From a virus, in the IMG/VR virus record IMGVR_UViG_3300036398_002324: a stretch of 64,000 bases of DNA; one strand, given 5' to 3'. Positions 6,665 to 14,417 of this stretch are shown piece after piece; the first letter of the stretch is position 1, and each line of letters starts with the position of its first letter. Made by a program: the position numbers and the translations under genes. The notes beneath the pieces were generated by a model. That model saw nothing but the letters and a program-made list of their open reading frames with translations, did not search any database and had not been told where the DNA came from.

Positions 6665-6738
6665 TGTCCTGTAGTTAAATGGTATAACTGTCGATTGATA
6701 ATCGACCATTACAAGTTCAATTCTTGTCGGGACAACCA
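6665..6738 (+). tRNA. tRNA-Ile(GAT)
   Basis: GTCGA-TTGATAA-TCGAC, CCA. Confidence 0.93.
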
Positions 6739-6739
6739 A

Positions 6740-6814
6740 GGTAATGTAGCATAACGGTAGTGCGCCTCCTTCATACGGAGTCAAGTGTAAGTTCGATTCT
6801 TACCATTACCACCA
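6740..6814 (+). tRNA. tRNA with CAT anticodon (Ile2/lysidine or elongator Met)
   Basis: GGTAATG/CATTACC acceptor, loop TTCATAC, CCA; identity unresolved. Confidence 0.85.
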
Positions 6815-6816
6815 AT

Positions 6817-6893
6817 GCCCCTTTGACGGAACTGGTATACGTGTATGTCTTAGGAACATAATTTTGAGGGTTCGAATCCCTTGGGGGGCACCA
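6817..6893 (+). tRNA. tRNA-Leu(TAG), lacking the long variable arm
   Basis: TATGT-CTTAGGA-ACATA; Leu-type D loop GGTATAC; 5-nt variable loop; CCA. Confidence 0.88.
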
Positions 6894-6901
6894 AATTAAA
6901 C

Positions 6902-6976
6902 GCATCGTTAGTTCAGCGGTAGAATCCCTGCCTTACAAGCAGGTTGTCGTTGGTTCGAATCCAGCACGATGCACCA
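6902..6976 (+). tRNA. tRNA-Val(TAC)
   Basis: CCTGC-CTTACAA-GCAGG, CCA. Confidence 0.95.
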
Positions 6977-6982
6977 AACAAC

Positions 6983-7060
6983 GGTAAGGTGGCTGAGTGG
7001 TCCAAAGCAACAGTCTGCAAAACTGTAAAACCATCGGTTCAAATCCGATCCTTACCTCCA
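6983..7060 (+). tRNA. tRNA-Cys(GCA)
   Basis: anticodon GCA, U73 discriminator, CCA. Confidence 0.93.
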
Positions 7061-7064
7061 GAAT

Positions 7065-7154
7065 GGAAACGTGGCCGAGTGGTTTAAGGCTCTAGTCTTG
7101 AAAACTAGCGATTCAGAAATGGATCCGTGAGTTCGAATCTCACCGTTTCCGCCA
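7065..7154 (+). tRNA. tRNA-Ser(TGA)
   Basis: anticodon TGA, long variable arm, G73, CCA. Confidence 0.95.
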
Positions 7155-7159
7155 AACAT

Positions 7160-7246
7160 GGAGAGTTGGCAGAGTGGTAATGCACCGGATTGCTAATCCG
7201 CCGTTTCGAAAGAGGCGCACAGGTTCGAATCCTGTACTCTCCGCCA
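7160..7246 (+). tRNA. tRNA-Ser(GCT)
   Basis: anticodon GCT, long variable arm, G73, CCA. Confidence 0.95.
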
Positions 7247-7271
7247 TTTTTGGTAATGAAAATCGAAAATA

Positions 7272-7300
7272 TTGACAAAAATCACTTTTTCAGTCATAAT
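7272..7300 (+). promoter_or_regulatory. sigma70-type promoter
   Basis: TTGACA-17-CATAAT, ATG at 7311. Confidence 0.65.
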
Positions 7301-7310
7301 CACTACTATC

Positions 7311-7472
7311 ATGAATACGAAAAAATCAAAAATTTCTTCAAAACCACGAAATTTTGTCGCTAAGGATCTCTTTTCGGCAAAATATCGCATGAAAGTTGAG
7401 AAATCACCCGCAGTATTTTATTCACGTGCAGTCGAAAAACAAAATTTTAGGAAAAATTATGACGGATTCTAG
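7311..7472 (+). CDS. small basic protein, ArfA (ribosome rescue factor)-like
   Basis: RNFVAKDLFSAKYRMKVEKS..YSR resembles the ArfA N..A.LL..P.FR.RVEK..Y.R pattern; lacks KGKGS. Confidence 0.5.
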   Translation: MNTKKSKISSKPRNFVAKDLFSAKYRMKVEKSPAVFYSRAVEKQNFRKNYDGF

Positions 7473-7875
7473 TAAAAACGAAGAAAATGATGATATTACT
7501 GAAAATTATGACGGTTTTTACTTTATTCCAACAGAGACTAAAGATGAATCAAGCTACAAATTAGCATTTTTCACGTTTAAAGATGAAATGGCAAATGCAA
7601 AACCGATAGAAACGTCTGAAATGGGCGATACATTTCATATTGCATTCTTCAAACCCGATGAAAATGACCTTCCTGTGTTCGATGATTCGTTTGAAGCTAT
7701 TTTGACTGACCCAATCGTGTATATTAACAATTTAGTTGGCACTGGTATGTCTGGCTGCATACTCAGAAAGACTGAAAAATCGGAAGTTTGGTTTCAAGAG
7801 TATTTGGATTATATAACTGGCGGCGAATTTGAAACAAAAGTTCGTGAAATTGCAAAAAATATAGCGGAGAACTAA
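7459..7875 (+). CDS. acidic hypothetical protein
   Basis: AGGA upstream of ATG 7459. Confidence 0.65.
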   Translation: MTDSSKNEENDDITENYDGFYFIPTETKDESSYKLAFFTFKDEMANAKPIETSEMGDTFHIAFFKPDENDLPVFDDSFEAILTDPIVYINNLVGTGMSGCILRKTEKSEVWFQEYLDYITGGEFETKVREIAKNIAEN

Positions 7876-7876
7876 T

Positions 7877-8173
7877 ATGAATGTATTTTCTGGTGATAGT
7901 GATGATGCAAAAGCAGGTCGTGATTGGCTAAAAAGTTTGTTAGAAGAAAACACGGTAGAAGTTGTGTTTACTAAAAAAGATGGCACTGAACGTGTGATGA
8001 ATTGTACATTGAAAGAAGATGTTCTGCCAACAGTACAAAAAGAAATTGAAGAAGATTCATTCACAAAGACAAAAGCAAAAGATGCACTTGCTGTTTGGGA
8101 TGTTGACGCAAGTGGTTGGCGTTCTTTTCGTTGGGACTCAATCAAGTCTGTTAATTTTTCATTGGGAGCATAA
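7877..8173 (+). CDS. WYL_2/DUF2693-like SH3-fold protein
   Basis: VFTKKDGTERVMNCTL..VWDVDASGWRSFRWD motif. Confidence 0.75.
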   Translation: MNVFSGDSDDAKAGRDWLKSLLEENTVEVVFTKKDGTERVMNCTLKEDVLPTVQKEIEEDSFTKTKAKDALAVWDVDASGWRSFRWDSIKSVNFSLGA

Positions 8174-8175
8174 TT

Positions 8176-8466
8176 ATGCCTAAGTATATCGTAGAACAGT
8201 TGTCTTGTTTTAGAAATGTTCATGTTGTTGAAGCAGAAACCGAACAAGAAGCAATTGCAATCTCAGAACAAGCCGATGATAACTGGCAAGAATGGCTTGG
8301 TTGTCTGAAAGTTGACGTAAATCATTTTTCCGATGAACGTATTGCATATTTTAAAGAAAAAGATTATTTTTGGAATGGCGTATCATACAAAGATGCTGAT
8401 GGCTATATCGGATATATACATCCGAGCGGTGAAAAAGTAGAACGTAAAGAAATTAAGATTAAATGA
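8176..8466 (+). CDS. hypothetical protein
   Basis: GGAG SD, in operon. Confidence 0.7.
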   Translation: MPKYIVEQLSCFRNVHVVEAETEQEAIAISEQADDNWQEWLGCLKVDVNHFSDERIAYFKEKDYFWNGVSYKDADGYIGYIHPSGEKVERKEIKIK

Positions 8467-8472
8467 AGCAAT

Positions 8473-8546
8473 GCGGGATTAGTTTAATGGTAAAACGTGA
8501 GCCTTCCAAGCTCCTGTTATCAGTTCGATTCTGATATCCCGCTCCA
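8473..8546 (+). tRNA. tRNA-Gly(TCC)
   Basis: GCGGGAT/ATCCCGC, anticodon TCC, U73, CCA. Confidence 0.93.
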
Positions 8547-8556
8547 AAGGACAATT

Positions 8557-8760
8557 ATGGAACCATCAAAGCACTGGACGCTAGAAGTACAACAACATGA
8601 AGATGGAGATTACTTCATTGAATTTCCTGATGATGTTCTTGCTGAAGCTAATTGGAAAGAAGGCGATGTGATTGAATGGATTGATAATAAAGATGGTTCT
8701 TGGACATTGCGTAAAAAATTAGATGATAATCATGAAAATACTGATGAATCTAAAGAGTAA
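8557..8760 (+). CDS. AbrB/MazE-like DNA-binding domain protein
   Basis: GDYFIEFPDDVLAEANWKEGDVIEW; AAGGA SD after tRNA-Gly. Confidence 0.65.
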   Translation: MEPSKHWTLEVQQHEDGDYFIEFPDDVLAEANWKEGDVIEWIDNKDGSWTLRKKLDDNHENTDESKE

Positions 8761-8802
8761 ATATGTTTAAATAAACGTGTTGTTATTTTTATAGGAGTTG
8801 TT

Positions 8803-9237
8803 ATGAGTTTGAAAGGCACAAAAACCGCAGAGTGTTTGAAAGAAGCTTTTGCGGGTGAATCTATGGCAAATCGTCGCTATCTGTATTTTGCAAATCAGTG
8901 CGATATTTCAGGTGAGAATGATTTGGCTGCATTGTTCCGTTCTACTGCTGAAGGTGAAACAGGACATGCACACGGTCACATGGAATATTTAATTGAAGGC
9001 GGTGCTGGCGAACCCGGTACAGACTTGCCGGCGAAAACTGCAAAAGAAATGCTAGAAGCTGCTGTTCATGGCGAAACGCATGAATATTCAGATATGTATC
9101 CTGGCATGGCGAAAATTGCACGTGATGAAGGTTTTGATGAAGTTGCTGATTGGTTTGAAACTTTGGCGAAAGCTGAACGTTCTCACGCTAATCGTTATCA
9201 AAAAGCGTTGGATAAACATATTGCAGAAAATTCTTAA
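8803..9237 (+). CDS. rubrerythrin (ferritin-like, no rubredoxin domain)
   Basis: [38 protein letters not shown] di-iron motifs. Confidence 0.92.
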   Translation: MSLKGTKTAECLKEAFAGESMANRRYLYFANQCDISGENDLAALFRSTAEGETGHAHGHMEYLIEGGAGEPGTDLPAKTAKEMLEAAVHGETHEYSDMYPGMAKIARDEGFDEVADWFETLAKAERSHANRYQKALDKHIAENS

Positions 9238-9247
9238 GGAGAAAACT

Positions 9248-9322
9248 ATGAACTGGACTACACCTGCGGCACAAGATATGCGTTTTGGTTTTGAAATCAC
9301 AATGTACATCGCTAATCGTTAA
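9248..9322 (+). CDS. pqqA: pyrroloquinoline quinone precursor peptide
   Basis: MNWTTPAAQDMRFGFEITMYIANR, 24 aa with the E-x-x-x-Y precursor motif; AAGGAG SD. Confidence 0.9.
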   Translation: MNWTTPAAQDMRFGFEITMYIANR

Positions 9323-9332
9323 TCAGTAAAAT

Positions 9333-9357
9333 AAAAGCGGCTTAGGCCGCTTTTTTT
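9333..9357. terminator. bidirectional intrinsic terminator
   Basis: AAAAGCGGC-TTAG-GCCGCTTTTTTT between convergent genes. Confidence 0.8.
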
Positions 9358-9527
9358 CTTTCCCTATAAGCTTTTATTCTATAGTCTGCATCGTGTTTCA
9401 TATTCTTCAATGCAGCATTTGTTATCATGGCAAAATGATTGCTGCGTGTGACAAGAATTAGAGTATTATCTTCATTTGTATAAACAAAGTAAAATAATTC
9501 TCCATCAATAACTTGAATTTTCAACAT
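9342..9527 (-). CDS. hypothetical protein
   Basis: follows 9530-10300 in a minus-strand operon. Confidence 0.55.
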   Translation of the reverse strand: MLKIQVIDGELFYFVYTNEDNTLILVTRSNHFAMITNAALKNMKHDADYRIKAYRERKKAA

Positions 9528-9529
9528 TC

Positions 9530-10300
9530 TTATTTCGGCTCACAATCAACCCATTTTAAGTTATTATATTGCTCATAACCCCAAGTTCCTTTTGGTATCA
9601 AACATGTTCCAAGTTCTGGTCTTTCAGCTTTTCTTATCTCAACGATACTCCACACTAAGGCAATAAAATAAAGAATTGAAAATGTTATAAGACTCCAACG
9701 AACAATTCTTTTTCTTAAATACGCCAATCTTCTTGCTCTTGTTGCTGCCGCTTTTTTATCTTTTTCTTTTTTAATTGTTATTGCAACCGATTGCTCATAC
9801 TTAATGCGTTCCATCATTTTTTCGGTACGAGTGTATAAATCACCTAATTCTGTCGGACATTGGTACACCATAATTTCACGAAGTTCTGCTTTCATTGCAT
9901 CAAGGCGACTTATCATCAAAACACGTTGTAATGCTCTTTTACCTAAACTCATTTCACCTGTGTAAACATCAAATGCATGTTTTTCTTCTTCTTCAAAGAT
10001 TGCCATACATTTCGCATAGTTTTCAAAATAAGTTCCTAGTTCTTCTCCTATTTGTGTGAATACATCATCTGGCTGCTTTTTGCTAAGTTCAATAATTCTA
10101 TTTTTTTCTTCAATAAATTGATTCTTCTCTGCAACTGTTGGAGCTTTATCTTTAAACTTTGCATGAAACTGTTCATCAAGGTCCGATAGAATTCCTTTAA
10201 CATCACCTGCGGCTGATGCTATCTCTTTATAAAGGGCACATCCCTGCTTAACGGCTGCAACTGCACCGTTTGCCAGAGCAAAGAGTGTTATCGGATCCAT
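9530..10300 (-). CDS. coiled-coil protein with C-terminal TM segment
   Basis: MDPITLFALANGAV start; TM near residues 200-220. Confidence 0.75.
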   Translation of the reverse strand: MDPITLFALANGAVAAVKQGCALYKEIASAAGDVKGILSDLDEQFHAKFKDKAPTVAEKNQFIEEKNRIIELSKKQPDDVFTQIGEELGTYFENYAKCMAIFEEEEKHAFDVYTGEMSLGKRALQRVLMISRLDAMKAELREIMVYQCPTELGDLYTRTEKMMERIKYEQSVAITIKKEKDKKAAATRARRLAYLRKRIVRWSLITFSILYFIALVWSIVEIRKAERPELGTCLIPKGTWGYEQYNNLKWVDCEPK

Positions 10301-10307
10301 AGAATAC

Positions 10308-10523
10308 TTAAACTTTCTTCTTTTTTTCTATCGAATCTTTTAACATATTTTTGAAAAGTCTGACGGTATTTTGCACATTCTTTTCCGCAAATACTTTTAC
10401 TACCATCAACTTTTCGTCATAGCTATTTGCGTTCTCCAAAAATTCTTTAGGAACAGCAAGTTTCTTTTTTTTGGGTTTAAATTTGTCTAATTTAGCTTTT
10501 ACGTCTTCCGAATCATCGGACAT
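10308..10523 (-). CDS. small basic hypothetical protein
   Basis: AAGGA SD on the minus strand. Confidence 0.6.
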   Translation of the reverse strand: MSDDSEDVKAKLDKFKPKKKKLAVPKEFLENANSYDEKLMVVKVFAEKNVQNTVRLFKNMLKDSIEKKKKV

Positions 10524-10639
10524 GTTAGGATTTCCTTGAATGTGTTACAATCACGAAAATCACTAATACTATGAACTGAACGGGTATCCAAACATCCGGA
10601 CACTCAGTTAGTATGGGAAATCATTGCCACAAATCACAC

Positions 10640-10669
10640 TTGACAATCACCTAATATTTATGCTATACT
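10640..10669 (+). promoter_or_regulatory. sigma70-type promoter (extended -10)
   Basis: TTGACA-18-TATACT with TGn; flanked by AAATCACA/TGTGATTT. Confidence 0.7.
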
Positions 10670-10703
10670 GTGATTTCGTGAATAAATACATGCAGGAGTT
10701 ATT

Positions 10704-11771
10704 ATGAGTAAGTCAATTGACATAAAAGCAATCTTATCAAACAACAAAGAACCCAAGTTTTCGGGTGAATTGTCACAATCGCAACTGACTCAGGCGCTGA
10801 ACTGGTACGCCCAGAATCGTGATTCCAAAGATGCAACAAAATATGCATCCGACTATCTCAAAAAGAAATACAAAATAACGGGCCTGGATGCTCTTAAAAC
10901 CGTTCCGACTACATTTGGGTTTCTGTGTCGTATCGTAAGCACCGGAGGGGTCCTAGATGGTTCCAACGCTGCCTGGTTTGATGAGACTGTCAACAAAATC
11001 AAAAACACAAAACAAGTTACAAAAGTTGTAACAGAGAAGACTGCGAACATCCAGGATTATATTAAAAGAAAAGCAAGTGATTGTATTGGTGAACTGGAAG
11101 GTCAAATTGACGATTTGATAATTTCTGATTTCAAAGCAGATGTTTCACCTTTTGCAACAATGAACAATTTTGAAATAAAAGCAGCACATACAAAATTTGT
11201 AATAGAACATTTCAAAAAACGTCGAGTTGAATATGATGAAGTTTTGACAACAACCGATTCTGATATCAAAGAAGCATATTCAAACTTTACAAAAACGCAA
11301 CTTAAAAAATTGGTAGCATACTGTGACCAAGTAATTGTTGATGGTATGAAATTAGCTGGTGAAGCGGTAAAGTCACGCAAGCCCCGTAAGCGTAAAGCAA
11401 AGTCTGCCGAACAAATTGTTGGTAAGATGAATTATGCAAAAGATTTTGCTGAAATGAAACTTGTATCTGTTGATCCGAAAACAATCATTGGTGCATCATC
11501 GTTGTGGGTGTATAATACCAAAACACGAAAGCTTGGCGTGTATCATGCACTTGATGCTGCTGGTTTGAATATCAAAGGTTCAACAATACAAAACTTTGCC
11601 GAAAGCAAATCAATATGTAAAACACTTCGTAAACCTGAAGTAACAATACCGGAAGTTTTAAAAGCGGGTAAAGTTACACTCCGTACTTTATTAACAGATA
11701 CTCGTGCCGCAGAAAAAGTGTTGACTGGTCGTATTAATACTGATACAATTCTATTGAGAGTGACAAAATGA
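10704..11771 (+). CDS. conserved T4-like phage hypothetical protein
   Basis: 355 aa, AGGAG SD, C-terminal KTLRKP..GRINTDTILL; lies upstream of rnh. Confidence 0.75.
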   Translation: MSKSIDIKAILSNNKEPKFSGELSQSQLTQALNWYAQNRDSKDATKYASDYLKKKYKITGLDALKTVPTTFGFLCRIVSTGGVLDGSNAAWFDETVNKIKNTKQVTKVVTEKTANIQDYIKRKASDCIGELEGQIDDLIISDFKADVSPFATMNNFEIKAAHTKFVIEHFKKRRVEYDEVLTTTDSDIKEAYSNFTKTQLKKLVAYCDQVIVDGMKLAGEAVKSRKPRKRKAKSAEQIVGKMNYAKDFAEMKLVSVDPKTIIGASSLWVYNTKTRKLGVYHALDAAGLNIKGSTIQNFAESKSICKTLRKPEVTIPEVLKAGKVTLRTLLTDTRAAEKVLTGRINTDTILLRVTK

Positions 11772-11869
11772 CGATGCGCGGTTATTACTACCGTAAATTT
11801 AAATTCCATTTGAAACTTACATTCTTATTTTTGTTCAAAGGTGTAGTTCTAGGAAAACACGTAAAATGA
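11768..11869 (+). CDS. small basic/hydrophobic peptide (33 aa, not in ORF track)
   Basis: ATGA overlaps at both ends, exactly bridging the flanking genes. Confidence 0.45.
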   Translation: MTMRGYYYRKFKFHLKLTFLFLFKGVVLGKHVK

Positions 11870-12714
11870 TAATTTTTGACTACAATCAAGTGGCAATCTC
11901 GTCACTTATGGAACAAATCGGTTCATCTAAAAAACCGGTTGAAGAAAATCTTGTTCGACATATGATATTGAATGTTATTCGGACATATGTAAAAAAATTC
12001 AAAGAAACTTATGGACCAGAAGTTGTGATTGCTTGTGATAATCGCAATTACTGGCGCCGTGAGTATTTTCCCCAATACAAAGCAAGTCGTAAGAAGAGCA
12101 GAGATGCATCTGGTCATGATTGGAATTCAATCTTTGATTGTTTGCATAAAATTAAAACTGAACTTAAAGAGCATTCACCATATAAAGTGATTGATGTGGA
12201 AACTGCTGAAGCCGACGATATTATTGCCACATTAACGATACTCAAATCAGCTAGTGAAAAGGTAATGATTCTTTCTTCGGATAAAGATTTTGCACAACTA
12301 CAGAAATATCCTAATGTGCAACAATATTCTCCCATACTAAAGAAGTTTATCAATGAACCTCTGCCTGCTGTTCAGTTGAAGCAGATGATTATTCGTGGTG
12401 ACAAGGGTGATGGTATTCCCAACATTCTGACACAAGATAATGTGTTTATTGAAGGCGGTCGTCAAAAGCCTATTACTGAAGCAAAGATTATTAACTGGCT
12501 GAATCAAAAGCCAGAAGAATTTTGTAATGACGATATGCTTCGCAACTACAAACGAAATGAACTTCTGATTGATTTGACCAAAGTTCCAGAAACTCTTCAA
12601 AAAAGTATTATAGATACATATGAATCTTCTGCTGGTCATCCAAAACAGAAGTTTATGAATTATATGATTGCAAACAAACTAAAAAATTTACTTGAGGTAG
12701 TCCATGAGTTCTGA
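11866..12714 (+). CDS. rnh: T4-type RNase H / 5'-3' exonuclease
   Basis: YWRREYFPQYKASR, EADDII, SSDKDFAQL, GDKGDGIPN. Confidence 0.92.
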   Translation: MIIFDYNQVAISSLMEQIGSSKKPVEENLVRHMILNVIRTYVKKFKETYGPEVVIACDNRNYWRREYFPQYKASRKKSRDASGHDWNSIFDCLHKIKTELKEHSPYKVIDVETAEADDIIATLTILKSASEKVMILSSDKDFAQLQKYPNVQQYSPILKKFINEPLPAVQLKQMIIRGDKGDGIPNILTQDNVFIEGGRQKPITEAKIINWLNQKPEEFCNDDMLRNYKRNELLIDLTKVPETLQKSIIDTYESSAGHPKQKFMNYMIANKLKNLLEVVHEF

Positions 12715-13135
12715 AAAACTTTATTCTGAAATCTTTGAAGATTTTGAAAAAGCTACAACCAAACAAGAACGTATAAATCTTCTACGCCGTGAGGGTGATG
12801 AACGATTTCGATTCTTTCTTCAACTAGTATTCAACCCTGCAATTGAGTTTGATATTGTGTTACCACACATTTATCGACCTGCTAAAGACCCTGCGGGTTT
12901 AAACTATGCATACCTTGACACTGAAATGCCGAAGATGTATCGGTTTATCAAAAATCATCCAATGCGACCACAAGAATTTACCGCAGATAAGACTACACAA
13001 TTAATTTTGGTTATGCTAGAATCTCTTCATAGAGATGAAGCAGCAATGATTCTTAAAGTCTTCCAGAAAGATTTCAAAGTAAAACATTTAACTCCTTCTT
13101 TGGTAAAAGAAGCATTTCCTGATTTGATTATATGA
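12704..13135 (+). CDS. conserved T4-like hypothetical protein
   Basis: MLESLHRDEA..LVKEAFPDL; follows rnh. Confidence 0.7.
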   Translation: MSSEKLYSEIFEDFEKATTKQERINLLRREGDERFRFFLQLVFNPAIEFDIVLPHIYRPAKDPAGLNYAYLDTEMPKMYRFIKNHPMRPQEFTADKTTQLILVMLESLHRDEAAMILKVFQKDFKVKHLTPSLVKEAFPDLII

Positions 13136-13572
13136 AAATAGTCGTTGTCTCTGGCGGATTTGACCCAATTCATTCCGGGCATCTTGCAATGTTGCGTGAA
13201 GCATCCGGTATGGGTGACAAACTTATTGTTGGCGTAAACTCTGATGCATGGCTTACACGTAAAAAAGGTAAGCCATTTATGAACATTCGTGAACGCAAGG
13301 CAATACTTCAATCCATTCGTTGGGTTGATGAAGTATGGGAGTTTGATGATTCTGATGGCACTGCATGTGAATTGCTTGAGCGTGTAAGAACTCATCATCA
13401 ACAAATATTACCAATATTGTCTAACTTTTCAATTTGGTTTGCGAATGGTGGTGATAGAAATGAATCTAACAACGCTGAAGCAAATGTGCCAAATATTAAT
13501 TTTGTATATGGTGTTGGCGGCAGTAATAAAATGAACTCATCATCTTGGATATTAAGGAACTGGAATGAGTAA
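13132..13572 (+). CDS. cytidylyltransferase-like nucleotidyltransferase
   Basis: SGGFDPIHSGH (HxGH), VGVNSD, FANGGDR, KMNSSS. Confidence 0.88.
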   Translation: MKIVVVSGGFDPIHSGHLAMLREASGMGDKLIVGVNSDAWLTRKKGKPFMNIRERKAILQSIRWVDEVWEFDDSDGTACELLERVRTHHQQILPILSNFSIWFANGGDRNESNNAEANVPNINFVYGVGGSNKMNSSSWILRNWNE

Positions 13573-13714
13573 TGGTGGAAAAGGCTCAAAGCCAAGACCC
13601 ATTGAAATACCACGTGAAAAATTCAATGATAACTGGGATAAAATTTTTAAGAAAAGGGTGAAGGATGAAAGTAGCAGTGGTAACACCGACAATCGGAGCA
13701 ACAACTCTAAGTGA
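13565..13714 (+). CDS. small conserved phage peptide (GKGSKPRP..NWDKIF)
   Basis: MSNGGKGSKPRPIEIPREKFNDNWDKIF; overlaps neighbours; not in ORF track. Confidence 0.55.
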   Translation: MSNGGKGSKPRPIEIPREKFNDNWDKIFKKRVKDESSSGNTDNRSNNSK

Positions 13715-14417
13715 TTGTCTTCAATCTGTTGATGAACAGACCTATGATAATCTGACACATTATGTTTTTCTTGATGGTAAAGAACATGAAAGCAAAATTT
13801 GGCATCAGATGGAAGGCGCAACAAAAGTTAAAACCGTTCGTCTTGAAGAAAATATCGGAAAAGGCTGGTATGGTCATCGTGTATACGCTGCATGTGGTTT
13901 TCTTGTCAATGCTGATGTTATATGTTACCTCGATGAAGATAATTGGCTTGAGCCTAATCACATTGAGAAGTTGGTTGATAGAATCAAAAAAGGCGCTGAT
14001 TGGGCGTATTCATTAAGAAAAATTTACGATAAAGAAGGTAACTTTCTTTGTGAAGACAATTGTGAATCACTAGGACAATGGCCAATTTATTTTAATCCCG
14101 ATGCGTATCATATTGATACATCCTCATTTATGGTAAAAGCTGATATTGCTCGTAATTTGAGTATGGCTTGGTATGCACAGTGGGGAGCTGACAGACAATT
14201 CTTCAATGCACTGAAACAATATTTTCCAAACTTTTCTTGTTCAAAAGAATATTCACTATGTTATAGACTTGATGGTAATCCTAAATCAGTTACGGCAGAT
14301 TTTTTTGAAAAAGGTAATAAAGAAAATGCTAAGAAATACTCAAATGGATTTCCTTGGCAGCAACAATATAAAGAAGAGTACACTGTTGGACCTGGTATAA
14401 CTATAGTGAGTGGATAA
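13665..14417 (+). CDS. glycosyltransferase family 2
   Basis: VAVVTPT..SVDEQTY, YLDEDNW (DxD). Confidence 0.85.
   Translation: MKVAVVTPTIGATTLSDCLQSVDEQTYDNLTHYVFLDGKEHESKIWHQMEGATKVKTVRLEENIGKGWYGHRVYAACGFLVNADVICYLDEDNWLEPNHIEKLVDRIKKGADWAYSLRKIYDKEGNFLCEDNCESLGQWPIYFNPDAYHIDTSSFMVKADIARNLSMAWYAQWGADRQFFNALKQYFPNFSCSKEYSLCYRLDGNPKSVTADFFEKGNKENAKKYSNGFPWQQQYKEEYTVGPGITIVSG

Noticed and set aside
6817-7154. Anticodons TAG and TGA as possible stop-codon suppressors or genetic-code reassignment
   Set aside because: These anticodons read CTA (Leu) and TCA (Ser). No CTA or TCA anticodon is present, and genes are intact under the standard code.
3544-7390. ORF-track entries overlapping the tRNA array (3544-3834, 3645-3953, 4197-4499, 4892-5098, 6307-6552, 6515-6784, 7193-7390)
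   Set aside because: They are translations of tRNA genes or their antisense, with no SD and no protein-like features.
7452-7515. Direct repeat AAAATTATGACGG at about 7453 and 7502
   Set aside because: A short AT-rich duplicate inside coding sequence with no supporting structure or mobile-element context.
8497-8556. GTG start of ORF 8497-8760
   Set aside because: It lies inside tRNA-Gly; ATG 8557 has an SD.
9068-9247. 84-aa ORF 9068-9322
   Set aside because: The N-terminal part is out-of-frame overlap with rubrerythrin; the real gene is the 24-aa pqqA from 9248.
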